Positions 48,920 to 61,296 of a DNA stretch of 64,000 nt are shown here, piece after piece. Source of the DNA: Mobula hypostoma (taxonomy: Eukaryota); contig NC_086097.1 in NCBI RefSeq assembly GCF_963921235.1, forward strand, positions 58,344,001 to 58,408,000, given 5' to 3'. The position numbers and the translations under genes were made by a program. The first letter of the stretch is position 1. Each line of letters starts with the position of its first letter. A model generated the notes under the pieces. It searched no databases, was not told the DNA's origin, and saw only the letters and a list, made by a program, of their open reading frames with translations.

Positions 48920-49741
48920 CAGTGCATTCTGTTTAATCGGGCCATTGGTTAAATGGGGTAGCCGCTTATTTGGGTGAACTCTTAAAGAACAACAACTAAT
49001 TGAGAAAATAGCTGGGATTCCCATCATTTATTGGGATGCTATACCACTTTATTGGGACAGGAGATTGTTGCTGAACAGTTTCTAACTAGCATCAGACGTG
49101 TGCACGTGTGGCCGTTAGGCATTACACCATGCTTAGAGTGAAGTTTTTAAATAGCGTTAGTGCATGTGCTTGCATTCAAAAAGGAGTAACTTTTGTCACT
49201 GACAATTGATGAGAAATGAGCTGTAAGACAATTTGGAACTGTTTTGCTCACTGCCGTTTCAAGTACTCAGGCTTGGAGATGCCAGAAATGGCCAGGGGTG
49301 AAAATCAAAATGATTTTACTACTTCAACAAATTAGTAACCACAAAGAATTTGAAGGTACAGACAGTCATCTTGAGTATTACAATGGAAATGAAGATTTGG
49401 AGGATGCAATCGTCAATATGAAAGTACTCAATTAGCTACACGAGGTGTTTGCACTGATTTTGTTCATTTTCAGTCAATCAGAAGAACGCGGCAGATGAAT
49501 TCCTCCGTTCGATAACTATTAGGAACTTGTACACAGCTTTTTAGTACTGTAGTAGTATTGATGATAGAATTTGCTCTATATTTCATTAAATACGCGAGTT
49601 GTTAATTATTTAAATGGCAGTTTGTCTTTTTTAAAAATATCTTTTTAACTATTTCCATGAAACTTTCCCTAATTAGGCCAGCCACTTAATTGGGGCAAAA
49701 TGTACTGGTTCTATTGTGTCCCAATTAACCAGAATGCACTG
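48920..49741. mobile_element. Non-autonomous Tigger/pogo-like (TcMar) element
   Basis: TA flanks at 48918-48919 and 49742-49743. TIR cagtgcattctgtttaatcggg / cccaattaaccagaatgcactg. Transposase-like scraps TIWNCFAH and NEDLEDAIV. Confidence 0.82.
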
Positions 49742-49988
49742 TATCTGATTGCCTTGGACACTCAAAAGGAGTACAATGGTCTTGACAGCAGCAGACTGCT
49801 TAAGTCATCATGGTGATTCAGAAACCTCAGGAATCTGCCACGTGAGGTCTAATCACTGCTTGAGGACGGCTCTGCTTTGTGTGAAGGTTGTAGCAGTGAG
49901 GTGTGGAGCTTGATTAGGCATTTGGGGCCACATAGTATGTAGCTGTGGGAATAGCATAGTTAACAAGTGTGAGTAGTGAGCTGTAAAG

Positions 49989-51303
49989 CTGGGGTCCCCA
50001 GCCTTTGTTGCACTGTGGACCGGTTTAATATTGACAATATTCTTGCAGACCGGCCGACCGGGGGGCGTTGAGTTGCCAACGGACAAGAGTAGCAGTCACG
50101 TACTTTGTGTATACCCCGAAAAGGACTACCATGACCATGACGCCTTGCGTGGGCACCTGTGTGTGCATGCATGACATGTACGTGCCGATTTTTTCTGCAA
50201 ATCATTTTTGGCAATTCTGTTCAGTGAAACTACACTGTACATACATTGTTTCTACTTTATATAGGCTGTGTATTTATCATATCATTCCTGCTTTTACTAT
50301 ATGTTAGTGTTATTTTAGGTTTTATGTGTTATTTAGTATGATTTGGTAGGTTATTTTTTGGGTCTGGGAATGCTCTAAATATTTTTCCCATATAAATGAA
50401 TGGTAATTGCTTTTTCGCTTTACTCCATTTCGGCATGAAAGGTTTCATAGGAACGCTCTACCTTAGCGAAGGAAATACGGGACAAGGGTGGTCCCATATG
50501 GGACAAACCAGCTTAGCCCAATATACGAGATGTCCTGGCTAATACGGGACAGTTGGCAACCCTGGGGAGGTGGGGGTGTTAACCACGTCCGGAATATAAG
50601 TTACTTATAAGTGGCTAATACACTCAATTTCGTTTCTAAAAGGATTTATCTAACAAATTTAGTATTAAAAACACCGTATATTTTCCTCGCATGAATATAG
50701 TGATAAGTCAATTATAAGTCACTTATAAGTCAATAGGATCATAATATTTTAAGTAACGTTTGGATATTAAACACACAGCACATATTTTCCCTGTATGAAC
50801 ATATAAAATCATTGTAACGCATCAATATCGCTGAATCAGTGGGAGCCCTGGCCTTGTTTTCCTGGGGAGACAGCGATACTCGAGGGGGGTTCCTTATGTC
50901 CAGTCTATTCCGCAATTTAGTTTTCGTTGCATTCATTGCAGAAGACCCCGCTTCGCAGAGATATGTTGGAAACGGAAGCAACGTTTTCAGTGCTTTCGTG
51001 GCTGTCTCAGGATATTTAGCCTTGATTTTGATCCAGAATGCCGGCAGAGATGTTATGTCAAACATACTTTTCAGCCCGCCGTCATTTGCAAGCTCGAGGA
51101 GTTGATTTTCTTCCTGTGCTGACATGGATGATGCGTGGGTAATGACCTTGCGTGCGTTCAACAGTGGGCATGACAGGGAATGAGGAAAGGTGCAGCTGAC
51201 TCATATCGTTTCATATCGCCAAATCATATCGTTTCCTCGCGGCCCGGTAGCGCACGCTTTGCGGCCCGGTACCAGTCTGCAGCCGGGTGATTGGGGACCA
51301 CTG
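49989..51303 (-). mobile_element. Non-autonomous hAT (Buster/Charlie-type) element with a nested insertion
   Basis: Perfect 8-bp TSD ctgtaaag (49981-49988 and 51304-51311). TIRs ctggggtcccca / tggggaccactg. hAT dimerisation domain FWIKIKAKYPETATKALKTLLPFPTYLCEAGSSAM...KTKLRNRLD (ORF 50739-51161). Confidence 0.9.
50068..50564. mobile_element. Nested TIR element (gttgccaac ends) carrying a Tigger terminal fragment
   Basis: tgagttgccaac / gttggcaaccct termini with subterminal tacgggac-like repeats. 50245-50465 is the reverse complement of 17143-17358. Confidence 0.68.
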
Positions 51304-52061
51304 CTGTAAAGGAAGGAGCGCAATCATTTGGTGCATGTAGTTGCTCAGTTTTGAATGTTCTACTGATGAACCCAACATGTTTCTTTTTGGACATCTGTGT
51401 ATGCTTTATGGCAACTACATTAGAGATAGAAAATTTATGTGAGCTTTTATATAACATTTAAATAATTCAGACAAAGACTTCTTTGAAGGCTCGTAAATGC
51501 CATTACTACAGCGAGTGCATTTGGACGTTGGTAATGTTAAAATGCGCTCATATTTATTTAAATCAATGTAGTTTCTAATTGCTGCTTTGAGTTATGAAAC
51601 TTCACATTTGCAATTTCAGGACAAAAGATTGTTCTGGATTGGATGTATTTGAGGGCAGGATGTGATAATGCATTGGAACGTGTGGCAAAATATAGTGGAT
51701 TAATTGGTGCATTAATGTACCAATTTATTTTTTTTCTAAAATGACTTGAGAGTGATTGTGAAGTGTCAAAGAAAAATGGAGGTAGACTTCAACAGTGACA
51801 TAATGATTCAATTATTCGTATGAAATAAAATTAATTTAACCCACAGCTACAGTTGTAGAATAATTGTAGTGTTGTAAATATACCTAAAAGATTTGGATCA
51901 TGTTCTGTCTTCATGTTGATCTTTTCATGATTCTCTTCAGCATTTTGATTTTTTTAAAATGCGTATGAATTGCTCGAGGAACTCAGCAGATCAGGTAGCA
52001 TCTATGCAGAGGAATAAACAGTTGATGTTTTGGGCTGAGACTTTATATCAAGCCTGGAAAG

Positions 52062-55000
52062 TGTTAAGTTTTGTAACTCCAAATCATAGAAGTAATTGAA
52101 AGAAAAAGACAGGAGGCACCGAAAATGTGTAGGTTTCATTTTTGTTTTGAGCGAGGGGAGTACTGATGATGTGATGGCGTGATTCACGTACTTTTACATC
52201 TAACTTGTAATGAATTATTTAAACAACAAAGAATGTTTAATCAAACAGTATATTCACACACTCAACGATTCAGGAACAGCTTCTTCCCCTCTGTCATCCG
52301 ATTCCTAAATGAACATTGAACCCTTGGATACTACCTCACTTTTTTAATATATATTATTTCTGTTTTTTGCATGAGTTTTAATCCATACAATATACGTACA
52401 CTCTAATTGATTTACTTACTATTTTATTTTGTTTTTTTTCCTACATTATGTATTGCATTGAACTGCTGCTGCTAAGTTAACAAATTTCATGACACATGAA
52501 ATAAACCTGATTCTGGCAATATTACTTAAATATTATTGAAATGTTAAATACACAAGCTCCTCCCTGTTTAACTATAAATTCCAACTGAATGCATCTCAAC
52601 TTGTATGCACAGAATACTATATGATATAACTACTATACAGACATCTGCAGCATAGTCAATTTTAGCATTCCCATTCAGGCCTGGAGATTAAATTGGTGTG
52701 ATAGATTTCTTACTGTTGTGGGATAACATCTTTCCTTACACGGGGATCATTCTGTAAGACAGGTGAGACTTGTGACTCTCAGGTTCTGGGGCCTCCTCGG
52801 TAGTGGTTGCAGGAGTTGACTCTGGGACTACAGGATGTGGTTCTTGTAGTTGTGGATACCATTCTTCTCTAATAATTGACTGCTCTCCTCAACTGATCGA
52901 TGTGCTGTCTCCAGGTGACATCAGATGCAATCTCCACTATGTAGGAGAGTGGTTTAGTTTTGTCCTTACGCTTTCTGAGTACCCAGTTTGGATCGGCTGT
53001 GTAGTCCCTCGCCAGGACTGCTTGTCCAGGAGTGAAATATCGAACCTCCCTGTTTGATGAGCCCTCAGTTTGTCTCGGCTGTTTGTCCTGCACACTCCTC
53101 CTGAGATTGAGTTTGAAGAGATACAAGAGTGAGTGCAAGGGATGGCCCGGGAACAGCATAGTTAGTGAGTCATTGGTTGTGGAGTGTGCTGCAAGGAGGA
53201 AGTTGGCAAGCTTCTGATTCAGGATCAGTGCGGTGTGTTCTGTTGACAATACTTGCAGTGTCTTCTTTAGACTCTGAACAAACCTTTTTGCCAAGCCATT
53301 TGTAGCTGGCTCGTATGGTGTAGGTGTAATATGTCTTAATCCATTCATTTTCAGGAATGACTGAAATTGTTCTGCAACAAACTGCTGTCCATTGTCACTG
53401 ACTAAATGTTCCGAACACCAGTCATCGAGAAAAGGCTCCCCAGCACATCAAGGCGTCGTAGTGGATGTGCGAGGATGTGGTGGAGGCTGTTGGAAACACT
53501 CTGGGCACCTTGTAGTTACATCCACTACTGCCAACAAATCTATGCCCATGAATGGTCCAGCAAAATCCACAAGAATCCTCTGCCAGAACAATGCAGACCA
53601 TTCTCTGGGATGGAGAGCTGCTGCTCTTCTCATCTTCTGGATGTTTTGGCATCCTGAACAGTGCTGGCAAGCTGCTCGATCTGCTGATCTATCCCAGGTT
53701 ATCAATCAAAGCTTCAAGCCAACACATTAATTTTAATCACACCTAGTGGCCTGCATTTAGCTTCTCTAACACTTTAACTCTTAGCTAAAGTGGCACAACA
53801 ACTCTCAATTCCCAAACAAGGTTACTCCCATCAAGCCCAAGTTCATCCTGGCACTAGTAAAAAGGAGGAACTGGATTTTCTGCTACATATTCCAGCCATT
53901 TTGGGAGGCCATGTAGAACTGAGACAGTGTGGGGTCTTTTCTGGTTTCCCTTTGGATCATCTCTGCTGTAATAGGGAGACTTTCGATTTGTATTAGGGGG
54001 AATAAGTCAAGAGGAGTGACATCTTTTGTAAATTTTTCGGTTATTTCCTTTTCCAAGGGTAAACAGGAGAATCTGCCAGCATTTCCGTGATTAGTTGTCC
54101 TTTTGAATTCAGTCTTCTAAATGTGCCCTACTAGAAACAGAGTCCATCTCTGCATTCATACTGCTGCTAGTGAAACACCCTTCCGTGGATTGAAAATTGG
54201 CATTAGTGGTTGATGATCGGTAATGAGGATAAACTCTCTCCTATACGAGTACTGGTTGAAATATTTTGCACCGAAAACTAGACTCAAGGCTTCTTTGTCA
54301 GTCTGTATGTACTTTTTCTCTGCAGTTGTAAAATAACGTGATGCAAAGACTATGGGGAGTTCAGTTCCATCACTCATACTGTGTGACATGACTGCACCTA
54401 CACCATAAGGTGAGATGTCACACGTAAGATTTCTTGGATGATATTGATAATATTGTGTGAGTACAGTGTCCTACATCACCATTTCCTTTGTCTTTTTGAT
54501 AGGTACCTCACATTTCATACTGATCTATAGTAATGAGTTCAAGGTGTAAGAGCACAGTAGCCAGAATTAGCAGGAACCTGTTATAGTAGTTGACAAATCT
54601 GGGAAAAAAAGGTCTGCAACAGTGACATGTATCTTGGTCTTGGGATACCTACCACCGCTTTAATTTTCTCAGCACACTTGTGTAATTCTTGTGCATGAAT
54701 TGTGTGACCACAGTAAGTAATGCTTGTTTTAAAGAATCCACACTTGTCATGTTGTGCTCTGAGCCCATAATCTTCTAATATTTTTAACACTGTATTGAGA
54801 TTTTGGAGATGTTCCTTGTTATCCTTACCAGTGACAGTGATGTCATCCAGGTAATACTGAGTGCCTGGGCAGCCTTGTAGCACCTGGTCCTTGGCTTTCT
54901 GCCAGAGTGCGGGTGTAGATGCTACTTCAAAAATAAGCCTATTATAGCAATGAAGCCCTTTGTGAGTGTTAATGGTGAGAAACACTTTGGACTATTCTTC

Positions 55001-56248
55001 CATCTCCAACTGTAGAAGAACTTCAGCTAAGTCCACTTTGATGAAGTGTTTCCCTCCAGAAAGGCTTGCAATGATATCCTCTATCTTAAGCATAAGGTAT
55101 TAATTTACTTTCAGAACTGGTTTGATGGTGACCTTAAAGTCGCAACAGATCCTGACCAGACCTATTGTTCTTGGTTACTCAGACCACTGACATTGCCCAT
55201 CGGCTCCACTCAAGCTTGGAAAGAATTCCTTCAGCCTCCATGTGATCTACCTCACTGGCTACTTAACTCTATCTCACCCTTGATATGTTTGAGTTTTCTA
55301 ATGCCATCCTTGAACACTGCTGTAGCATCATCCAGTACCTTACTTAATTCACTGTAATTTGACTGTATTACAGGAGATGTGGCATGCTAATGGTGGATGG
55401 ATCCCAAGTCAAGTTGTTGTCTCAGCCATTCACGTCCCCACGATGCTGACCCTCTGTTTTTACCACATACAATCCCAATGTGGCTTGTTGGTTGTTGTAT
55501 TTCACTGTTATAAATGTCATTCCCATAGGGGTTATCTTTTCTCCAGTATAAGTTCTTAGTTGGATATTTGCAGGCTTCAGTTCAGGATCTTTGAAATGCC
55601 ATTCAAACACATTTTGTGGAATGACTGCAACAGCTGAGCCAGTGTTCAATTCCATTTTAATTAATTTGCTGTTCACTTCTGATGTAAGCCATATTGCTTG
55701 TCTCTTATTAGTTTTCATACTGTAAATCTTAAGGCTACTTATCCTGTGTCTCTCCCATCAACAGCATACAGAATAGTGCAGTTTTTAAAACTGCAACTTG
55801 ACTTTTTATCTTTTTCTCTTCCCCGTGCAGTCCAATTACAGTATTGTCTGCCCAACATGCTCTTTGCATATGTCCTACTTTGTTGCATTTGCAAGTTTTG
55901 TATTTAATCCTATATTGGTCTGGTATATGTGAGCCCCTCCCACAATGGTAGCACAATTTGTTCAGCTAGGCTGGTTTCTATTTAGACATTGTAATTTTGC
56001 TCATGCTCGACTACAACTTCTCTTTCTGCTGTTTCCACTGATACAATGATTTTAACTGCTCTTTTAAATGCAAGTTGTGCTTCAGTTAGCAGCCATTTTT
56101 GAATGCTTTTTTGTAAAATTCCACAAACGTAAATAATCTGAATGCATTATTAAATCCATTACTGAACTGACAATGCTCAGACTCCATTTTAGCCACGTAC
56201 ACTGAAATGGACTTCCCTTCCTTTTGATCCCACTTATGAAACCTAAAG
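52062..56248 (-). mobile_element. Decayed Gypsy LTR retrotransposon (3' LTR ~52062-52554, integrase, RNase H, RT, protease, gag); gag resumes at 60821-60938
   Basis: PPT agggaggag next to a TG...CA LTR. PYEPATNGLAKRFVQ (IN), WQRILVDFAGPF, KEALSLVFGAKYFNQY...TDHQPL (RH), YYLDDI (RT), MELNTGSAVAVI (PR) and CYHCG..H / CKCNKVGHMQRAC knuckles, in Gypsy order. Confidence 0.9.
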
Positions 56249-57835
56249 GTGTTGGAGATGTTAAAATACATTAGGACAGATAAGTCCCCGGGGCCTGATG
56301 GAATATTCCCCAGGCTGCTCCACGAGGCGAGAGAAGAGATTGCTGAGCCTCTGGCTAGGATCTTTATGTCCTTGTTGTCCACGGGAATGGTACCGGAGGA
56401 TTGGAGGGAGGCGAATGTTGTTCCCTTGTTCAAAAAAGGTAGTAGGGATAGTCCGGGTAATTATAGACCAGTGAGCCTTACGTCTGTGGTGGGAAAGCTG
56501 TTGGAAAAGATTCTTAGAGATGGGATCTATAGGCATTTAGAGAATCATGGTCTGATCAGGGACAGTCAGCATGGCTTTGTGAAGGGCAGATCGTGTCTAA
56601 CAAGCCTGATAGAGTTCTTTGAGGAGGTGACCAGGCATATAGATGAGGGTAGTGCAGTGGATGTGATCTATATGGATTTTAGTAAGGCATTTGACAAGGT
56701 TCCACACGGTAGGCTAATTCAGAAAGTTAGAAGGCATGGGATCCAGGGAAGTTTGGCCAGGTGGATTCAGAATTGGCTTGCCTGCAGAAGGCAGAGGGTG
56801 GTGGTGGAGGGAGTACTTTCAGATTGGAGGATTGTGACTAGTGGTGTCCCACAAGGATCTGTTCTGGGACCTCTACTTTTCGTGATTTTTATTAACGACC
56901 TGGATGTTGGGGTAGAAGGGTGGGTTGGCAAGTTTGCAGACGACACAAAGGTTGGTGGTGTTGTAGATAGTGTAGAGGATTGTCAAAGATTGCAGAGAGA
57001 CATTGATAGGACGCAGAAGTGGGCTGAGAAGTGGCAGATGGAGTTCAACCCGGAGAAGTGTGAGGTGGTACACTTTGGAAGGACAAACTCCAAGGCAGAG
57101 TACAAAGTAAATGGCAGGATACTTGGTAGTGTGGAGGAGCAGAGGGATCTCGGGGTACATGTCCACAGATCCTGAAAGTTGCCTCACAGGTGGATAGGGT
57201 AGTTAAGAAAGCTTATGGGGTGTTAGCTTTCATAAGTCGAGGGATAGAGTTTAAGAGTCGCGATGTAATGATGCAGCTCTATAAAACTCTGGTTAGGCCA
57301 CACTTGGAGTATTGTGTCCAGTTCTGGTCACCTCACTATAGGAAGGATGTGGAAGCATTGGAAAAGGTACAGAGGGAATTTACCAGGATGCTGCCTGGTT
57401 TAGAAAGTATGCATTATGATCAGAGATTAAGGGAGCTAGGGCTTTACTCTTTGGAGAGAAGGAGGATGAGAGGAGACATGATAGAGGTGTACAAGATAAT
57501 AAGAGGAATAGATAGAGTGGATAGCCAGCGCCTCTTCCCCACGGCACCACTGCTCAATACAAGAGGACATGGCTTTAAGGTAAGGGGGTGGGAAGTTCAA
57601 GGGGGATATTAGAGGAAGGTTTTTTACTCAGAGAGTGGTTGGTGTGTGGAATGCACTGCCTGAGTCAGTGGTGGAGGCAGATACACTAGTGAAGTTTAAG
57701 AGACTACTAGACAGGTATATGGAGGAATCTAAGGTGGGGGCTTATATGGGAGGCAGGGTTTGAGGGTCGGCACAACATTGTGGGCTGAAGGGCCTGTACT
57801 GTGCTGTACTATTCTATGTTCTATGCTATGTTCTA
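56249..57835 (+). mobile_element. Young 5'-truncated CR1 LINE (RT nearly intact; frameshifts near 57172 and 57590)
   Basis: 308-aa ORF with NYRPVSLTS, SQHGF, YMDFSKAFDKV, GVPQGSVLGP and FADD. Continuation ORF 57190-57612. (ttctatg)n tail. Confidence 0.95.
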
Positions 57836-60820
57836 TTAGAACGTTGAAGTATAGAAAACCTACAGCACATTACAAGCCCTTCGGCCCACAAAGCTGTGCC
57901 GAACATGTCCTTACCTTAGAACTAAGTCATAGGCTTACCCATAGCCCTCTATTTTTCTAAGCTCCATGTACCTATCCAGGAGCCTCTTAAAAGACCCAAT
58001 CATTTCCACCCCCACCACCGCTGCTGGCAGCCCATTCCACGCACTCACCACTCTCTGCGTTTTAAAAAAAGCTTACCCGTGACATTTCCTCTGTACCTAC
58101 TTCCAAGCACCTTAAAACTATGCCCTCTCGTGCAAGCCATTTCAACCCTGGGGAAAAGCCTTTGACTATCCACATGATCAATGCCTCTCATTATGTTGTA
58201 CACCTCTATCAGATCACCTCTCATTCTCCGTCGCTCCAAGGAGAAAAGGCCGAGTTCACTCAACCTATTCTCATAAGGCACGCTCCCCAATCCAGGCAAC
58301 ATCCTTGTAAATCTCTTCTGCACCCTTTCTATGGTTTCCATGTCCTTCCTGTAGTGAGGTGACCAGAATTGAGCAAAGTACTCCAAGTGGGATCTGATCA
58401 GGGTCCTATATAGCTGCAACATTACCTCTTAGCTCTTAAACTCAGTCCCACGGTTGATGAAGGCCAATGCACCGTATGCCTTCTTAACCACACAGTCAAC
58501 CTGTCTAGCAGCTTTGAGTGTCCTATGGACTCAGACCCCAAGATCTCTCTGATCCTCCACACTGCCAAGAGTCTTACCATTAATGCTATATTCTGCCATC
58601 ATATTTGACCTATCAAAATGAACCACCTCACACTTATCTGGGTTGAACTCCATCTGCCACTTCTCAGCCCAGTTTTGCATCCTATCAATGTCCTGCTGCA
58701 ACCTCTGACAGCCCTTCATTCTATCCACAATACCCCCAACCTTTGTGTCATCAGCAAATTTACTAACCCATCCCTCCACTTCCTCTTCCAGGTCATTTAT
58801 AAAAATCGAGAAGAGTAGGGGTCCCAGAACAGATCCCTGAGGCACACCACTGGTCATCGATCTCCATGCAGAATATGACCCATCTACAACCACTCTTTGC
58901 CTTCTGTGACAAGCTAGTTCTGGATCCACAAAGCTATGTTTCCTTGGATCCCATGCCTCCTTACTTTTTCAATAAGCCTTGCATGGGGTACCTTGTCAAA
59001 TGCCTTGCTGAAATCCATATACACTACATCTATGGCTCTACCTTCATCAGTGTGCTTTGTCACATCCTCAAAAAATTCAATCAGGCTCGTAAGGCACAAT
59101 CTGTCTTTAACAAAGCCATGCTGACTATTTCTAATCATATTATGCTTCTCCAAATGTTCATAAATCCTGCCTCTCAAGATCTTCTCCATCAACTTACCAA
59201 CCACTGAAGTAAGACTCACTGACCTATGATTTCCTGGGCTATCTCTACTCCCTTTCTTAAATAAGGGAACAACATCCGCAACCCTCCAATCCTCCAGAAT
59301 CTCTCCTGTCCTCACTGATGATGCAAAGATCATTGCCAGAGGCTCAGCAATCTCCTTCCTTGCTTCCCACAGTAGCCTGGGGTACATCCCATCTGGTCTC
59401 GGTGACCTATCCAACTTGATGCTTTCCAGAAGCTCCAGCATATCCTCTTTCTTAATTTCTACATGCTCAAGCTTTTCAGTCCGCTGCAAGTCATCCCTAC
59501 AATCGCCAAGATCCTTTTCCATAGTGAATACTGAAATAAAGTATTCATTAAGTACCTCTGGTATCTTCTCTGGTTCCACACACGCTTTTCCACTGTCATA
59601 CTTGATTGGTCCTATTCTGTCACATCTTATTCCCTTGCTCCTCATATACTTGTAGAATGCCCTGGGGTTTTCCTTAATCCTGTCCACCAAGGCCTTCTCA
59701 TGGCCCCTTCTGGCTTTCCTAATTTCATTCTTAAGCTCCTTCCTGCTAGCCTTATAATCTTCTAGATCTCTATTATTACCTAGTTTTTGAACCTTTCGTA
59801 AGCTCTTCTTTTTTTCTTGACTAGATTCACAACAGCCTTTGTACACCATGGTTTCTGTACCCTACCATCTTTTCCCTGTCTCATTGGAATTTACCTACGC
59901 AGAACCACATGTAAATATCCCCTGAACATTTGCCACATTTCTGCCATGCATTTCCCTGAGAACATCTGTTTCTAATTTATGCTTCCAAGTTCCTGCCTGA
60001 TAGCCTCATATCTCCCCTTACTCCAATTAAACGTTTCCCTAACTTGTCTGTTCCTATCCCTCTCCAACGGTATGGTAAAGGAGATAGAATTGTGATCACT
60101 ATCGCCAAAATGCTCTCCCACTGAGAGACCTGACACCTGACCAGGTTCATTTCCCAATACCAGATCAAGTACAGCCTCTCCTCTTGTAGGTTTATTTACA
60201 TATTGTGTCAAGAAACCTTCCTGAACACACCTAACAAATTCCACCCCATCCAAACCCCTCACTCTAGGGAGATGCCAATCAATATTTGTGGAAATTAGAA
60301 TCTCCCACCACAACAACCCTTTTTATTATTGCACCTTTGCAGAATCTGTCTCCCTATCTGCTCCTCAATGTGCCTGTTACTATAAAAAACACCCAGCAGA
60401 GTTATTGACCCCTTCCTATTCCTAACTTCCACCCACAGAGACTCCATAGACAACCCCTCCATGACTTCCTCCTTTTTTGTAGGTGTGACTCTATCTCTGA
60501 TCAACAGTGCCACACCCCAACCTCTTTTGTCTCCCTCCCTGTTCTTTCTGAAACATCTAAAGCCTGGCACTTGAAGTAGCCATTCCTGCCCCTGCACCAT
60601 CCAAGTCTCTGTAATTCCCGCAACATCATAGCTCCAAGTGCTGATCCACGCTTTAAGCTCAGCCGCTTTGCTCATAATACTCCTCGCACTAAAATAGACA
60701 CATCTCAAACCTTCAGTCTGAGCGCGTCCCTTTTCTATCAGCTGCCTATCCTCCCTTTCGCACTATCTCTAAGCTTCCCTTTCCTACGTTACACCAGTTC
60801 GGTTCCCACCTCCCAGTTCC
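57836..60820 (-). mobile_element. CR1 LINE, most of ORF2 (APE endonuclease and RT), decayed
   Basis: ORFs 60295-60708 (YDVAGITETW), 59972-60316 (LDLVLGNE...GDSDH), 58914-59849, 58531-58929 (FADD) and 58045-58422. Confidence 0.93.
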
Positions 60821-60938
60821 CATTCTCCAATTGACAATGGCTTCTTTTCTAAATGTTCCTGCATTACTTTCAGCAAAGCTCATTTAGGCTGGCTTGGTTG
60901 GACCAGTCAAACTTCTCAGCAAACTGTACGCCTTACAA
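60821..60938 (-). mobile_element. Continuation of the Gypsy gag
   Basis: Minus strand KAYSLLRSLTGPTKPA...QEHLEKKPLSIGE joins the sequence at 56248 to read ...GECFRFHKWDQKEG. Confidence 0.8.
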
Positions 60939-60939
60939 T

Positions 60940-61035
60940 CCTGTCTGCCTAAATGCTGCCTGACCTGATGAGTTCCTCCAGCAGTTTGTGTGTGTTATTC
61001 TGGACATCAAGCATCTGCAGAATCTCTCATTTTTT
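60940..61035 (+). mobile_element. Penelope tail fragment (probable partner of the reverse tail at 51965-52061)
   Basis: atgctgcctgacctg...gagttcctccagca...tgtgtgtt...gcatctgcagaatctc. Confidence 0.65.
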
Positions 61036-61296
61036 TCTTTTGAGTGTTTTTCTATTAATAGATACTTAGATCTTTATAGATACTTAGTCCTCACTTCTAA
61101 GTAATTCACGGCTGCTTTTATCTAAGTGCTTGGGTGCGGCAGTCTTGTCCCATTCTTGGTCTCCTGACCTGGAACACTTAATGATGTTAACCATTAAGTG
61201 CTAACCATTTCATTTACAGAGGGAGCTCTCTGCTGTGATTCTGACTGCAGTTTACATACTGCCAAAGGCAGATATCAGACAAGCACACAAGTATCC

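Noticed and set aside
60965..60971. CTGATGA hammerhead-like core
   Set aside because: It is a point variant of the tail motif ctgctgagttcc, with no stem II or GAAA partner.
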